This document shows positions 50,990 through 63,545 of a stretch of DNA of 64,000 nt, in pieces. The notes beneath the pieces were generated by a model. It was not told the origin of the DNA. It saw only the letters and a list, made by a program, of their open reading frames with translations, and did no database searches. The position numbers were made by a program, and so were the translations under genes. Positions within the stretch are counted from its first letter, which is position 1. Each line of letters opens with the position of its first letter. Source of the DNA: Heterodontus francisci (taxonomy: Eukaryota); assembly GCF_036365525.1 (NCBI RefSeq), contig NC_090371.1, positions 33,835,387 through 33,899,386 on the forward strand. Direction: 5' to 3'.

Positions 50990-52085
50990 AGGGTTCCCCT
51001 TGTCCTCACTTTCCACCCCACCAGCCTCTACATCCAAAGGATCATCCTCTGCAATTTCTGCCACATCCAGCGTGATGCCTCTACCACACGCATCTTCCCC
51101 TCCATTCCCCTGTCAGCATTCTGAAGGGATCATTCCCTCCATGACATCCTCGCCCACTCCTCCATTACCCCCACCACCTCGTCCCCTTCCCATGGCACCT
51201 TCCCCTGCAATCACAGGAGGTGTAATCCCTGCCCATTTACCTCCTCGCTCCTCACTATCCAAGGCCCCAAACACTCCTTTCAGGTGAAGCAGCGATTTAC
51301 TTGTACTTCTTTCAATTTAGTATACTGTATTCGCTGCTCACAATGTGGTCTCCTCTATACTGGGGAGACCAAACGTAGATTGGGTGCCCACTTTGCAGAA
51401 CACCTCCGCTCAGTCCGAAAGCATGACCCCGAGCTTCCGGTTGCTGGCCATTTCAACACCCCTCCCCACCCCCTCCCCCACACCCCCACCCGCGCTCTCA
51501 TGCTCACATCTCTGTGCTGGAATTGCTGCAGTGTTCCAGCGAATATCAACACAAGCTCGAGGAACAGCACCTCATTTACCGATTAGGCACATTACAGCCT
51601 GCCAGACTGAACATTGAGTTCAATAACTTCAGCGCATGACGGGCCTCCCTTTTTATTTTTAGTTATTTTCTCTTTTTTCTTTGTTTATTTTATTTTAGTT
51701 TGTTTGTACAGTGCCTACCCACTGTTTTTTTAAAATTTTAGTTTGTTTGTACAGTGCCTGCCCACTGTTTTTTCACGTTTGTGCTTGGGGCCAAGGCTGT
51801 TCATTTTACTGTCAATTGGCACCTTTTATGTACTAACACTTTGTCTTTCAGCACACCATTAACATACCGTCTGCCTTTGTTCCATGACCTTCGGATCAGT
51901 AATTCTCTGTGACCTTCTCTTTAGTCATCTCTTACCCCACCCCCGCTTTACTTGCTTCAAACCTTTTACATTTCTAATATTTGTCAGTTCTGATGAAGGG
52001 TCACTGACCTGAAACGTTAACTCTACTTCTCTCTCCACAGATGCTGCCAGACCTGCTGAGTATTTTCAGCATTTCTTGTTTTTGT
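50990..52085 (+). mobile_element. Penelope-like element 3' part
   Basis: GIY-YIG FTCTSFNLVYCIRCSQCGLLYTGETKRRLGAHFAEHLRSV; tail with a hammerhead motif. Confidence 0.9.
51986..52022 (+). ncRNA. Minimal hammerhead ribozyme motif in a PLE tail
   Basis: agtt-CTGATGA-a-gggtc-act-gacct-GAAA-cgtt-aact. Confidence 0.75.
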
Positions 52086-52597
52086 GTTCTTTACCTATGT
52101 TTGCTCTTGCCTTCAGTGCCTCTTAACTTGGACAGTGTGGATTAATTAAGGAAAGCCAGCATAGATTTGTGAAGGGAAAATTGTCTTTAATCAACTTGAC
52201 TGAGTTTTTTTTATGAGACAGCAGGGAGGCTTGATAAGGGCAATGTGATTGATATGGTACATATGGACTTCCAAAAGATATCAGATCATAAGAACTAGGA
52301 GCAGGCCTAGACCATAACAGCCCGCGAGCCTGCTCCATCATTCAATACATTCATAGCTGATCTCCTGCCTCCCGCTCCCCATATCCCTTGATTCCCTGTC
52401 TATCCCAGCCTTAAAGATACTCAACAGCGGAGCATCCACAATCCTCTCGGGTAGAAAATTCCAAAGATTCACAACACTTTGAGTGAAGAAACTTCTCCTC
52501 ATCTCAGTCCTAACTGGTCGGCCCCTTATCATGTTCAAAATTCACCAGCCAGGGGAGACAACCTCTCAGGGTCCACCCTGCCAAGCCCCTTCAGAAT

Positions 52598-54380
52598 ATT
52601 AATATATAAGCAAAATACTGCGGATGCTGGAAATCTGAAATAAAAACAAGAAATGCTGGAGATACTCAGCAGGTCTGGCAGCGTCTGTGGAAAGAGAAGC
52701 AGAGTTAACGTTTCGGGTCAGTGACCCTTCTTCGGAACTGACAAATATTAGAAATGTCAAAGGTTATACGCAAGTGAGGCGGGGGTGGGGCAAGAGATAA
52801 CAAAGGTGAAGGTGTAGATTGGACAAGGCCACATAGCTGACCAAAAGGTCATGGAGCATAGGCAAACAATATGTTAATGGTGTGTTAAAAGACAAAGCAT
52901 TAGTACAGATAGGGTATTAACGGACTGAAAATTGAACAGCAGCAAGTACAAACATGAAAAAAAAACAGTGGGTAAGCAAACTGAACAAACTAAGATGAAA
53001 TAAAATGCAGATACAAAAAAAAAGTTGTAAAAAATGTAAAAAAGAAAAAATAACTAAAAATGAAAGTAAAATGGGGGGCTGTCATGCTCTGAAATTATTG
53101 AACTCAATATTCAGTCCGGCAGGCTGTCGTGTGCCTAATCGGTAAATGAGATGCTGTTCCTCGAGCTTGCGTTGATGTTCACTGGAACACTGCAGCTAGC
53201 CCAGGATAGAGATGTGAGCATGAGAGCAGGGGGGAGAGTTGAAATGGCAAGCAACCGGAAGCTCAGGGTCCTGCTTTCGGACTGAGCGGAGGTGTTCCGC
53301 AAGATGGTCACCCAGTCTGCGTTTGGTCTCCCCATTGTAGAGGAGACCACATTGTGAGCAGCGAATACAGTGTACTACATTGAAAGAAGTACGAGTAAAT
53401 CGCTGCTTCACCTGAAAGGAGTGTTTGGGGCCTTGGATAGTGAGGAGAGAGGAGGGAAATGGGCAGGTATTACACCTCCTGCGATTGCAGAGGAAGGTGC
53501 CATGGGAAGGGGACGAGGTGATGGGGTAATGGAGGAGTGGACCAGGGTGTCGCGGAGGGAACGATCCCTTCAGAATGCTGACAAGGGAAGGGAGGGGAAG
53601 ATGTGTTTGGTCGTGGCATCACGCTGGAGGTGCCGGAAATGGCGTAGGATGATCCTTTGGATATGGAGCCTAATGGGGTTGGAAAGTGAGGACAACGGGA
53701 ACCCTGTCACGGTTCTGGGAGGGAGGGGAAGGGGTGAGGGCAGAGGTGCGGGAACTGGGCCGGACACGGTTGAGGGTCCTGTCAACAACAGTGGGGGGGA
53801 ATCCTCGGTTGAGGAAAAAGGAAGTCATATTAGAAGCACCGTCATGGAAGGTAGCATCATCAGAGCAGATGCATTGGAGACGGAGAAACTGGGAGAATGG
53901 AATGGAGTCCTTACAGGAGGTAGGGTGTGAAGAAGTGTAGTCGAGGTAGTTGTGGGAGTCGGTGGGCTAATAATGGATATTAGTAGACAACCTATCCCCA
54001 GAGATGGAGACAGAGAAGTCGAGGAAGGGAAGGGAAGTGTCAGAGATGGACCATGTAAAGGTGAGAGAAGGAATTAGAAGCAAAGTTGTTAAAGTTTTCC
54101 AGTTCGGGGCGGGAGCAGGAAACGGCACCGATACAGTCATCAATGTACCGGAAAAAGAGTTGGGGGAGGGGGCCTGAGTAGGACTGGAACAAAGAATGCT
54201 CGACATATCCCACAAAAAGACAGGCATAACTAGGACCCATGCGGGTACCCATAGCAACACCTTTTATTTGAAGGAACTGAGTTGAGTTGAAGGAGAAGTT
54301 GTTCAATGTGAAAACAAGTTCAGCCAGGCGGAGGAGGGTGGCAGTGGATGGGGACTGGTTGGGCTTCTGTTCAAGGATCT
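52598..54380 (-). mobile_element. Penelope-like element (RT + GIY-YIG + tail) with an 11-bp TSD
   Basis: NNFSFNSTQFLQIKGVAMGTRMGPSYACLF...FFRYIDD; GIY-YIG at 53196-53411; cccttcagaat at 52587-52597 and 54381-54391. Confidence 0.92.
52703..52739 (-). ncRNA. Hammerhead motif variant (CCGAAGA core) in a PLE tail
   Basis: Reverse complement: agtt-CCGAAGA-a-gggtc-act-gaccc-GAAA-cgtt-aact. Confidence 0.65.
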
Positions 54381-54961
54381 CCCTTCAGAATCTTGTATGT
54401 TTCAATGAGATCACTTCTCATTCTTCTAAACTCCAGAGAGTGTAGGCTCATAGGAAAACCCTCTCATCCCAGGAAACAATCTAATGAACCTTCACCATAC
54501 CACCTCCAATGTAAGTATGTCCTTGCTTAAATATGGAGATCAAGACTGTGCACAGTCCTCCAGGTGTGGTCTCACCAAAGCCCTGTACAATTATAGCAAG
54601 ACTTCATTATTTTTGTACTGCAATCCCCTTGCCAACATGTCATTTGCCTTCCTAATTGCATGTTACCTTTCTGTACTCCTTGTAAGTGTACACCCAAGTC
54701 CCTCTGAAGATCAACATTTACAAGTTGCATGCCTTTTAAAAAATATTCTACTTGACTACCAAAGTGAATAACTTCACACCTGGCCACATTATACTCCATC
54801 TGCCACCTTGTTGCCCACTCGCAGCCTGTCTATATCTCTTTGCAGCCTCTTTGTGTCCTCTTCACAGCCTACATTCCCACTGAGCTTTGTATTGTCAGCA
54901 AACTTGGATGCATTACTCTCTCTCTCCCTTTTTGTCCAAGCAATTAACATAGACTGTAAAT

Positions 54962-55118
54962 TAAAGGCCTGCTACCCGACCGGAACCCGACGGGACCCAA
55001 CAACTTGTGTCAGGTTCAGGTCGGGTCGGGCCACTCTTCTGGGTCCGGCTTTCGGGCTCGGGCTGGGTCGGGCCGAGTCCGGGTGGTGCTCGGGTCAGGT
55101 CGGGGCGGACACACACAC
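54962..55118. mobile_element. CpG-rich DNA-transposon end with acccga/tcggg subterminal repeats (hAT-like)
   Basis: Clustered acccga motifs followed by inverted tcggg(t/c) motifs. Confidence 0.5.
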
Positions 55119-55119
55119 T

Positions 55120-56450
55120 GAGTGCCTTCCAGTAACATGAAGGAAAGGGTCAAGGATCAAGACAGGCAGAGGGGTGTCGTATTTGTCCATCCTGACCCCC
55201 ATGGACAAGGAGGCCTTGGAACCGGCAGGGCTGTACATCAGCTGCTTGATGGCTGATGGTGAAGCAGGAGTGTCCATGCAAGAGAGTGAGTGGCCTAAAG
55301 CAGGGGCACAAGGATGCATCTGGCACAGACGAGGCATAATGCTCATGTGTCCACTACTGGGCACATGGAGCTCCACATTAGGGGTAGTTGGAAAGCCACA
55401 ATGGGAAGCTTATTGTACCTGTTCTCCTAGGCAGGTCAGAGTCATGGCGAAAAGCCAAGAGCTGGAAAGCTCGATTCCAGCCGTTGCCTCTGAAGGGGAG
55501 GAGGGAGCCTCAGAGTGTGCACCATTACACCATTCCCCAGCACCCTCCACTAGCACCGATACTCTCACGTCAGTGGGTTCGCATCCACCATTAGATTCAG
55601 GGTCACAAGCTGGTGAGCACATCACAGACGCATCTGAGCATCTGATGGAGGCTGTGACAGCCGAGGCCTCTGACAATTGGAGGACTGTGGGAGGCCAGGC
55701 CCATGCTGAGATCCAGACTGCTGGTGTGCCTCTAGAGTCATCAGCAACATGGCACCTGCGGCAGCTACAGAGACAGGTAAGGGAACATTGGTGAAGCTGC
55801 CAGAGGCTATGCACGCCTAGGCAGTCCATTCAGTCCAGTGCTCAGTCCAGTGCTGCCATGTCTCCAGTGTGTGCATGCCTGGCTTCCTCCAAGGAGAGAT
55901 TGGTGACCTTCATGGAGAGCCTGATCTAGCAGACCACTCAGTGGATGCCAGAGATACACGCAGAACTGCACACCATCGCCTTGTCCATGAACTCTATGCA
56001 GCAATGGCAAGGCGAGAGGTGGCTGAGGCACCTGGAGTCTCCACCAGGTATTTGTACTTCTCAGGTCAGCAGGGAGGTATACATATGCCTTGCAAGCGAG
56101 GAGAAGCAGCTGCCTTCCATGTATGGGACTCCTCTCAGGGTGCTCCTAGTGTGGTCGGTGGCTCCTCAGCCCCTCTACCAGTGACACCAGGGCTTCAAGT
56201 TGCCACGATAACAAAGTGGGGTCCTGCAACTGTGAAGGAGCCCCTCAGTGTGCCGGGGCCCTCCAAGTCTCAAGCAGCCAGAGGACGGCCACCAAGGTCA
56301 TCCCAAGCTAGGGGGCAGCAAGGTCAGCAGCCTGCCTCCAGCTCAGTTGATAGCTCGGGGTTCACTACACAGAAGCATGTGTAAAAAATGTAAGAGCACC
56401 AGTCCACCCTCCTTGGCATGCCATGCTGGCTCTCTCAAAAATCTCTGGTG
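55120..56450 (+). mobile_element. Probable Harbinger accessory-gene remnant (decayed)
   Basis: LSILTPMDKEALEPAG, low-complexity S/T/P stretches, coiled-coil and GRPPR motifs; splice-like gtgagt; family assignment is inference. Confidence 0.4.
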
Positions 56451-56565
56451 ATAAGGTGAGTACTACTAAACTGTTTTTTTTGAGATTGAAGTGGGTAGAA
56501 CAAGGCCCCTAGTATAATTAGTATTTTTTAATTAAGGGGGTAACTAATTAATCTAAGGGTAAATC

Positions 56566-57515
56566 ATGGCAGGAGAGCTCAGCCCTGTGATATGCTCCTC
56601 CTGCGCTATGTGGGAGATTAGGGACGCTTCCAGTGTCCCTGACGACCATGTGTGCAGGAAGTGTATCCAGCTGCAGCTACTGGCTACCCGCATTACAGAG
56701 CTGGAGCTGCGGGTTGATTCACTGTGGAGCATCCGCGATGCTGAGGAAGTCATGGATAGCATGTTTAGCGAGGTGATCACACCGCAGGTAATGGCTGCAC
56801 AGACAGAAAAGAGATGGGTGACCGCCAGACAGAGTAATAGGCGCAGGCAGGTAGTGCAGGAGTCCCCTGTGGCCATCCCGCTCTCAAACGGATATACACT
56901 CTTTGGATACTGTTAGGGGGAGATGACCTCCCAGGGGAAAGTTGCAACAGCCAAGTTTGTGGCACCATGTGCTTTGCTGCACAGCAGAGGAGGAAAAGGG
57001 TTGGAAGAGCTATAGTGATAGGGGATTCTATTGTAAGGGGTGCAGATAGGCGTTTCTGTGGCCACAAACGAGACTCCAGGATGGTATGTTGCCTCCCTGG
57101 TACTAGGGTCAAGGATGTCTCGGAGCAGCTGCAGGACATTCTGAAAGAGGAGAGTGAGCAGCCAGAGGTCGTGGTCCATATTGGTACTAAAGACATAGGC
57201 AGGAAGAGAGATGAGGTCCTGCAGAGTGAATATAGGGAGTTAGGCAGAACGTTAAAAAGCAGGACCTCTAGGGTTGTAATCTCAGGATTACTCCCTGTCC
57301 CACATCCTAGTGAGGGTAGGAATAGGAGGATTAGGCAAGTGAATGCGTGGCTGAAGAACTGGGGTAGGCGGGAGGGCTTCAGCTACTTGGATCATTGGGA
57401 TCTCTTCTGGTGCAGAGGTGACCTGTACACGAAGGACGGGTTCCATCTAAACTGAAGGGGGACCAATATCCTTGCGGGGAGGTTTGCTAGTACTACTCGG
57501 AAGGGTTTAAACTAG
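56566..57515 (+). pseudogene. CR1 ORF1 (CxxC-CxxC finger, coiled coil, SGNH esterase domain), disrupted
   Basis: VICSSC...VCRKC; VIGDSIVRG; VVHIGTKDIG; DGFHLN. Confidence 0.88.
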
Positions 57516-57649
57516 TCTTGCAGGGGGGTGGGACCCAAAGTAGTAGTCTCTCAGATGAGATAGTTGAGGGAAATGTAGAGATTAAAGCAAGCAAGTCCAG
57601 TAGACAGGCCGGGCAGGGGCAGGACAGGGAGCGTGGAAGGTCTGGTAGG

Positions 57650-60440
57650 CTAAACTGCATTTACTTTAGTGCAAGAAGCCTTACAGGTAAGGCAGATGAA
57701 CTCAGAGCATGGATCGGTACATGGGATTGTGATATTATAGCTATTACGGAAATGTAGTTGAGGGATGGGCAGGACTGGCAGCTCAATGTTCTGGGGTACC
57801 GATGCTTCCAGCATGACAGAGGTGGAGGTAAGAGAGGAGGGGGAGTTGCACTATTGATTAGGGAGAACATCACGGCAGTACTTAGAGAGGATATCCCAGG
57901 GGGAATGTCCAGCGAGGCCATATGGGGAGAACTTAGAAATAAGAAAGGGGTGATCACTTTGATGGGATTATACTATAGACCCCCCAATAGTCAGAGGGAA
58001 GTGGAGGAGCATATATGGAGGGAAATCATAGATAGGTGTAGGAATTATAGGGTTGTAATAGTAGGTGATTTTAACTTCCCTAATATTGACTGGGACTGCC
58101 TTAGTGCTAAGGGATCAGATGGGAAAGAATTTGTTAAGTGTGTCCAGGATAGTTTTCCTAAGCAGTATGTGGATGGCCCTACTAGAGAAGGGGCTACACT
58201 CGACCTCCTCTTTGGAAATGAGGATGGGCAGGTGGTGGATGTGTCAGTGGGGGTGCACTTTGGGACCAGTGACCATAACTCTATTAGCTTCAAGATAGTT
58301 ATGGAAAAGGATAGGACTGGTCCTCAGGTTGAAGTCCTCAATTGGGGAAGGCTAATTTCGATGGCATCAGACAGGAACTCTCAAAAGTTGAATGGGAGAG
58401 GCTGTTTACAGGTAAAGGGACGTCTGGCAAGTGGGAGGCTTTTAAAAGTGAGATAGGAAGAATTCAGGGCCGGCATGTTCCTGTTAGATGGAAGGGCAAG
58501 GCTGGCAAGTTTAGGGAATGTTGGTTGACGAGGGATATTGAGGATCTGGTCAGGACAAGGAAGGAGGCATATGTCAGGTATAGGCAGCTAGGATTGAGCG
58601 AGTCCCTCGAGGAGTATAGGGGATGTAGGAGTACACTTAGGAAGGAAATTAGGAGGGCGAAAAGGGGCCATGAGATTTCCCTGGCAGATAAGATAAAGGA
58701 GAATCCTAAAAGATTCTATAAGTATATTAAGAGTAAAAGGGTAGCTAGGGAGACAGTAGGTCCCCTTAAGGATCAGTGTGGTAATCCATGTGTGGAGCCA
58801 CAGGTAATGGGCAAGGTCTTAAATGAATACTTCTCGTCTGTATTTACTGTGGAGAAGGTCATGGAAGCTAGTGAGTTCAAGGGAGGGAACTGCGATATCC
58901 TGGAGCATATCAACATTACAAATGAGGAGGTGTTGGAGGTTTTGAAGCGCATTAAGGTGGATAAATCCCCAGGGCCTGACCAGGTGTATCCTAGGATGCT
59001 ATGGGAAGCAAGGAAGGAGATTGCTGGGGCCCTGGCAGAGATTTTTGTATCATCATTAGCCACGGGTGAAGAATGGAGGATAGCTAATCTTGTGCCCTAT
59101 TTAAGAAGGGCAGCAGGGATAAGCCAGGGAATTACAGGCTGGTGAGCCTTACATCAGTGGTGGGAAAGTTATTGGAAGGGATTCTGAGAGACAGGATTTA
59201 TATGCATCTGGAAAGACCTGGTCTGATTAGGGATAGTCAGCATGGCTTTGTGCATGGGAAATCATGTCTCCCGAATTTGATTGAGTTTTTTGAGGAGGTG
59301 ACCAAGAGGATTGACGAGGGCAGGGCGATGGACGTTGTCTACATGGACTTTAGCAAGGCCTTTGACAAGATCCTGCATGGTAGGCTGGTGAAGAAGGTTC
59401 GAACACATGGGATCCAGGGTGAGCTAGCAAATTGGATACAAAATTGGCTTGGTGATAGGAGGCAGAGGGTGGTAGTGGAGGGTTGTTTTTCAGATTGGAG
59501 GCCAGTGACCAGTGGTGTGCTGCAGGGATCGGTGCTGGGCCCTCTGTTGATTGTCATATATATTAATGACTTGGATGTGAATATAAGGGGCATGATTAGT
59601 AAGTTTGCAGATGACACCAAAATTGTTGGTATAGGGGACAGTGAAGAAGGTTGTCTAAGGTTACAATAGGATATAGATCAACTGGGAAAGTGGGCAAGGG
59701 AGTGGCAAACGGAATTTAATGCAGACAAGTGTCAAGTGATGCATTTTGGGAAGTTAAACCAGGGCAGGACATATACAGTGAATGGCAGGGCCCTGGGGAG
59801 TGTTGTTGAGCAGACAGACCTTGGGGTTCAAGTACATAGTTCCCTGAAAGTGGCAACACAGGTAGACAGGATGGTGAAGAAGGCATATGGCATGCTTGCC
59901 TTCACCGGCTGAGGCATTGAGTACAAGAGTTGGGACGTCTTGTTACAGTTGTACATAACGTTGGTTAGACCGCATTTGGAGTACTGTGTGCAGTTCTGGC
60001 CGTCGCACTACAGGAAAGATGTGATTAAGCTAAAGAGGGTGCAGAAAAGATTCACAAGTATGTTGCCTGGTTTAGAGGGCTTGAGTTATAAAGAGAGACT
60101 GGACAGGCTGGGTCTGTTTTCCCTGGAGCGAAGGAGGCTGAGAGGGGACATGATAGAGGTATATAAAATTATGAGAGGCATAGATAAGGTGGATAGCCAG
60201 AGTCTGTTTCCCATGGTAGGGGTGACTAAAACTAAGGGCATAGATTTAAGGTGAGAGGGAGGAGGTTTAAAGGGGATCAAAAGGGGTAATTTTTTCACAC
60301 AAAGAATAGTGGGTATCTGGAATGAGCTGCCTGAGGAGTTGGTGGAGGCAGGAACAGTAGCAAGATTTAAGAGGCATCTGGACAGGTACTTGAATGAGCA
60401 AGGCATAGAGGGATATGGAATTAATGCAGGCAGGTGGGAT
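57650..60440 (+). pseudogene. CR1 ORF2 (APE endonuclease + RT), several stops and frameshifts
   Basis: IIAITE, YYRPPNS, VGDFNFPNIDW, SDHNSI, KSPGPD, YMDFSKAFD, GVLQGSVLGP, KFADDTK, LVRPHLEYCVQFW. Confidence 0.92.
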
Positions 60441-60899
60441 TAGTATAGATAGGCATTATGGTCGGCATGGACGCGGTGGGCCAAAGGGCCTGTTTCTATG
60501 CTGTACGACTCTATGACTTTATGACTCAATTGGCCTATTAAGTGCCTTGATTCCTTTTCCGCCACATTGATATGTGACATCAGCTATGTCAGCCACCATC
60601 AGTAAAATGCTGAAATGACATGAAGACGTCTGCCGTCCCGATTTCACACATCCTCCCCACCCCACCTCACAGCCCATTCCAAACAGCTTTGTAAAATTCT
60701 GGCCCACGATTCTTCAAAAGTCACTCTCCCATGATTTCAACCTGTAAACATAATCCTAATTTCAGTGTTTGCAGTCTCCCATAAAGCCTGTTGAATCTGT
60801 AGGAATATACTGCACCGCTTGAATTGCCATGGTCTTTAAATGTAATCTTTAAACACAAAATAGAAATCATCAGCCATGTAAGTTAACATCCCACACCTC

Positions 60900-62350
60900 T
60901 TTTTCTGATACATTGATGACTATATCAGTGCCATTTCCTGCTTTCAATCCAAACTGGAAAATCTCATTAACTTTGCTTCAAATTTTCACCCTTCCCTTGC
61001 CTTCACATGCTTCCGACTCTTTTCCTGTCCTTCCTTGACTTCTCTATTTCTATTTTTGGGAATAGGCTCTTGACCAATATCCACTACAAGCCCACAGATT
61101 CCCACAGCTATCTTGACAACACTTCCTTCCACCCCACTTCCTGTATGGACTCTATTCCATTCTCCCAGGTCTCCATTGCATTTGACAAAGCTACCATCCA
61201 CACCAGCGCTTCTGATGTGTCTTTTTTTTTCTCAACCAAGGATTCCCCCACACCATGGTTGACAGCGCTCTTGACCTCCTCCATCCCATTTCCTGCATTT
61301 CTGCTCTCATCCCCTTCTCCTCCCTCCCAGAATCATGATAGTGTTCCCCTTGTCCTTCCACCCCACCAGCCTCCCCATTCAATGGATTGTCAGCCACCAT
61401 TTTTGCCACCTCCAGCGTGATGCTGCAACCAAACACATCTTCCCCACCTCTTTCCTTTCATCATTCCAAATGGACCATTCCCTCCATGACACACTGGTCC
61501 ACTCCTCAATTACCCCCAACACCCCCTCCCCTTCCTACAGCACCTGTCCATGTAAGCACAAAAGATGCAACAACTGCTCTTTTACCTCCTCTCTCCTCAT
61601 TGCTCAAGGCCCCGAATGCTCCTTCGAGGTGAAACAGCTATTTATGTGTACTTCTTTCAATTTAGTATACTGTGTTCATTGCTCACAATGCAGCCTCCTC
61701 TACATGGAGGAGACCAAACGCAGATTGGGTGACCGCTTTGTGGAACACCTCGATTAAGTCCACAAATATAACCCCTTACTTCCGGCCGGTTGTCATTTTA
61801 ATTCTTCACCTTGCTCTCATGCTGATATCTGCTGTAGTGTTCCAATGAAGCTCAGTGCAAGCTCAAGGAACAGCACCTCATTTTTTGATTGTACACTTTA
61901 CAGCCTTTCGGACTCAACAGTGAGTTCAACAATTTCAGACCATAAGCTTTCCCTCCTTATTGTTTCCTTTTACTTGGCATATTCAGGGCTTACTTTTGCT
62001 TTTCTCATGTTTTTGCTTTTGGACGGCAGCTCTTCACCATTCTGCCATTCACACCTCCCTCTAGATACACCTTTTGTTTCTTTTCTTGTCCCATTGCCAC
62101 TCCCTTTGGCTCTGTACCACCAACTCTTCTGTCAATTAATGTCTCCTGTCTTCCGTGCTATCACAGGCCTTCCCTATTGTTCTTTTTCCAGCCCCTCCCA
62201 TTTCAACTGCTTAAAATCCTATTACATTTCTAACTTTTCCCAATTCTGTGAAAGGTCATTGACCTGAAATGTTGACTCAGCTTTTCTCTCCACAGATGCT
62301 GACATTTTCTGTTTTTATTTCAGATTGCCAACATTCACGGTATTTTGCTT
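60900..62350 (+). mobile_element. Penelope-like element, decayed
   Basis: LSFLDFSISIFGNRLLTNIHYKPTDSHSYLD; FMCTSFNLVYCVHCSQCSLLYMEETKRRLGDRF; degraded hammerhead at 62242-62277. Confidence 0.85.
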
Positions 62351-62439
62351 TCTCGGTGTTGGGAATGATTTGCTAATCCCATTTACATCTCATCTAGACC
62401 CATCTTTTGTTTCTTTATTTGTCCCAAAATTCCCAAATC

Positions 62440-63270
62440 ACAAAATCGTTATAGTGCAGAAGGAGGTCATTCAGCCCATTGTGTCTGCACCGGTTCTCCG
62501 AACGAGCAACTCACCTTGTGCCATTCCGCCTTCTCCCGTGACCCTGCACATTCTTCCATTTCAGGTAACCGTCCAATTCCCTTTTGAATTCTTCAATTGA
62601 ACTTGCCTCCACCACACTCTCAAGCAGTGCATTGCAGACCTTCACCACTCGCTGTGTGAACAACTTTTGCCTCATGTCACTTTTGCTTCTTTTACCAAGT
62701 ACTTTAAATCTGAGCCCTCTCATTCTCGATCCTTTAATGAGTGGGAACAGTTTCTCCCTATCTACCCTGTCCAGACCACTCATGATTTTGAATACCTCTA
62801 TCAATTCTCCTCTCAGCCTTCTCTTCAAGGAAAAAAGTCCCAACTTCTCCAATCTATCTTCATAACTGACATTCCTCATCCCTGAAACCATTCTCATGAA
62901 TCTTTTCTGTACTCTCTCTAATGCCTGCACATCCTTTCTAAAGTGAGGCACCCAGAACTGGATGCAATACTCCAGCTGAGGCCGAACTATTGCCTTATAC
63001 AAGTGTAGCATAACCTCCTTGCTCTTGTACTCTATGCCATTATTAATAAAACCCAGGATACTGTATGCTTTATTAACCGCGCTCTCAACGTGTCCTGCCA
63101 CCTTCAATGTCTTATGCACATAGACACTCAATCCCTCTGCTCCTGCACCCCCTTTAGAATTGTGCTCTTTACTTTATACTGTCTCTCCATGTTCTTCCAA
63201 CCAAAATGAATCACTTCACATTTCTCCACACTGAACTTCATCTGCCATCTGTCCACCCATTCACGAACTT
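62440..63270 (-). mobile_element. CR1 3' fragment
   Basis: ORF 62511..63131 IVRPQLEYCIQFWVPHFRKD...RRLRGELIE. Confidence 0.88.
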
Positions 63271-63274
63271 GTCT

Positions 63275-63545
63275 ATATCCCATTATGATCCCCTTTTGCC
63301 TTGCACTATCCTCCCCTTTTTTATTGAATCTCTCCTGCCTTCTATTCAATCAAAGGGCTTCCCTTTTGTTTCTTCCTTCCCTCCTCCCTTCCCCTGCCTT
63401 TGTATTTGTTTAAAATCTGTTACACCTCTACCTTCTTTCAGTTCTGTTGATGGGTCATCACCCTGAAATGTTAACACAGTTTTTCTCTCTGCATATGCTG
63501 CCCGATCTGTTGAGTATTTCCAGCATTCTCTATTCTTATTTATAT
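63275..63545 (+). mobile_element. Isolated PLE tail with a degraded hammerhead motif (63440-63476)
   Basis: agttctgttgatgggtcatcaccctgaaatgttaac...tgctgcccgatctgttgagtatttccagc. Confidence 0.65.

Larger units (their letters stand above)
52340..54960 (-). mobile_element. CR1 3' fragment split by a PLE insertion
   Basis: EMRRSFFTQSVVNLWNFLP on the left; MEYNVARCEVIHFG on the right; halves joined across the TSD cccttcagaat. Confidence 0.75.
56449..60527 (+). mobile_element. Near-full-length CR1 LINE (ORF1 + ORF2 + tail), inactivated
   Basis: ORF1 with zinc finger, coiled coil and esterase; ORF2 EN/RT; (ctatgact)n tail at ~60505-60527. Confidence 0.95.

Noticed and set aside
51694-51775. ~40-bp tandem duplication in a PLE tail
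   Set aside because: A simple local slippage duplication between T-tracts with no sign of function.
56967-57455. Stand-alone host esterase gene
   Set aside because: The SGNH domain is the known CR1 ORF1 component and lies directly upstream of ORF2.
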